Below, piece by piece: positions 62,643 to 64,000 of a stretch of 64,000 bases of DNA (its first letter is position 1; every line of letters starts with the position of its first letter). Made by a program: the position numbers and the translations under genes. The notes beneath the pieces were generated by a model. The model made no database searches and had not been told where the DNA came from. It saw only the letters and a list, made by a program, of their open reading frames with translations. Source of the DNA: Dicyema japonicum (taxonomy: Eukaryota; Animalia; Dicyemida); assembly GCA_011109175.1 (NCBI GenBank), contig RDEW01000014.1:1-64000 (forward strand), written 5' to 3'.

Positions 62643-63946
62643 TAGGGCGAACTAAGTTAAAAAAGTTAAAATTTAATAATAGTAAATAAATAATCATTAA
62701 AATTATTTTTAACTATATTTTATTATAAAAAATGTATATTATACAAAATTATTAGGTTAAAAAGTTAAAATTTAAAATTATGTGGTTAAAATTCTTTGAA
62801 CCTTACTTACTTTATTTATTTATTTTGTAGCAATCAAAAAGTTTTTGATATTACGGATGAAACAAAAATCCGGGTCCAAAGATGCGTTGCTGTGATGATT
62901 GGATCGTTTAATTCTCTTGAAACAACATATCTGATTCGTTTAAGGCAATAGAATCTGCTCCTAACATGTACATCATTACTCGATAGTCGATGATGCACTT
63001 GGAAATAATTTGGTTCAAAGGGAAAATTTCCTTTTGTTAATTTCGGATGCTGCAATTTATATGAAATTAGGTAAAATTTTATGTTTTAGCTGCAAAATAG
63101 TTAAAAAATCTAAACCTTAAATTATTCCATGACACATGTGGCGTTCATCTATTACACAATTGTTATGAGAAAATAAGAGACTCTTGTCCGGAAATTGATT
63201 TGATGATATCTACTGTACAAGCTGCAATTAACAAAAACAATAGAAGAAAATTAATATTCAAAGACAGAAACATCGCCATTTCACCTCGTGTGCATTTGAC
63301 AAGATGGGGACCTGGCTTAAGGCCGCTACATACTATTCAGAAAATCTGATCTGAGTTTAAAATATTTTCGAATTATTCGGGTAATGGATATCTAGTTCGA
63401 ACAGCTAAAGAAAGTCTAAAAAACCACATGTTAGTTTGCAGTCTATGTGACCTTATCCGAAGTTATTCGAACATTCCAAGTTTCCGAATAATGTAGCTAT
63501 TGCAGATATTATTACGAAATTTAAAAGTATACGCTTCACAACTAAACAAGCATTTGATAGTTAGAATCGTTGGAATTTGGAAATGACAACAAATTTATTA
63601 AAGAATACATAAATAAAAGGCTTCAAAAAATGATATTTCAAAAATAATGAAAATGAATAATTCATATGTATCTCCTGCCGAGTATTCATTACTCCTGAAT
63701 TGTCAGCCTACTTTGTGCTCGATTGAACGATGTTTCTCGGAGATTAAGAATTTTCTAAAATCCAACTGACATTTTCTACCATGAATTTTAGAAAATTATG
63801 TAATTTGTATGTGTAACAAAAAGTTTTAGTGTTTTTATTGTTTAGTTATGAAGTTAAATTTTTGGCTTATTTTTTTTGGTTTTAGGTTAATAAAGTTATT
63901 TTTTAGGTTAAATTATTTATTTTTTAGTTTAAAAAAATTCGCCCTA
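62643..63946 (+). mobile_element. hAT-like element with both TIRs and DDE core, N-terminus deleted
   Basis: TAGGGCGAA...TTCGCCCTA; ITDETK, LLLISDAAIYM, HDTCGVHLLH, TRWG.WLKAATYY, CSIERCFS. No matching 8-bp TSD. Confidence 0.8.
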
Positions 63947-64000
63947 CTTATCACACATCTATATGTCCAATAATTTGTTACTCCACCTAAGAGTTATCTT

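Overview
This is AT-rich eukaryotic nuclear DNA from a draft scaffold (430-N gap at 1761-2190, single Ns at 5410 and 8597). Most of it is nested, decayed transposons: APE-type LINEs (RTE-like and L2/Jockey/I-like), CRE-clade RLE retrotransposons, Penelope-like remnants, several hAT families, Tc1/pogo, an rve integrase and a tRNA-derived SINE. Host genes lie between them and are largely missed by the ORF track because they are split by very short GT-AG introns of 22-28 nt. Splicing these by hand gives a three-copy family of LAMP-like membrane glycoprotein genes (one complete at 251 aa, one running off the window, one pseudogene), a CenH3-like histone H3 variant, a P5CR, PARP-like and LYAR-like remnants and two unidentified multi-exon genes; many carry stops or frameshifts. 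Other highlights: a 2A/StopGo-like motif (GDVEQNPG-Q) upstream of a LINE endonuclease, a SINE sharing its 3' tail with a neighbouring LINE, an in-frame CRE-RTE chimera, and a LINE fragment copied into a hAT element. No prokaryotic systems, CRISPR arrays or rRNA genes were seen. The organism is probably a compact-intron parasite-like lineage (inference only). All protein-family calls come from motif recognition by eye, not database searches.
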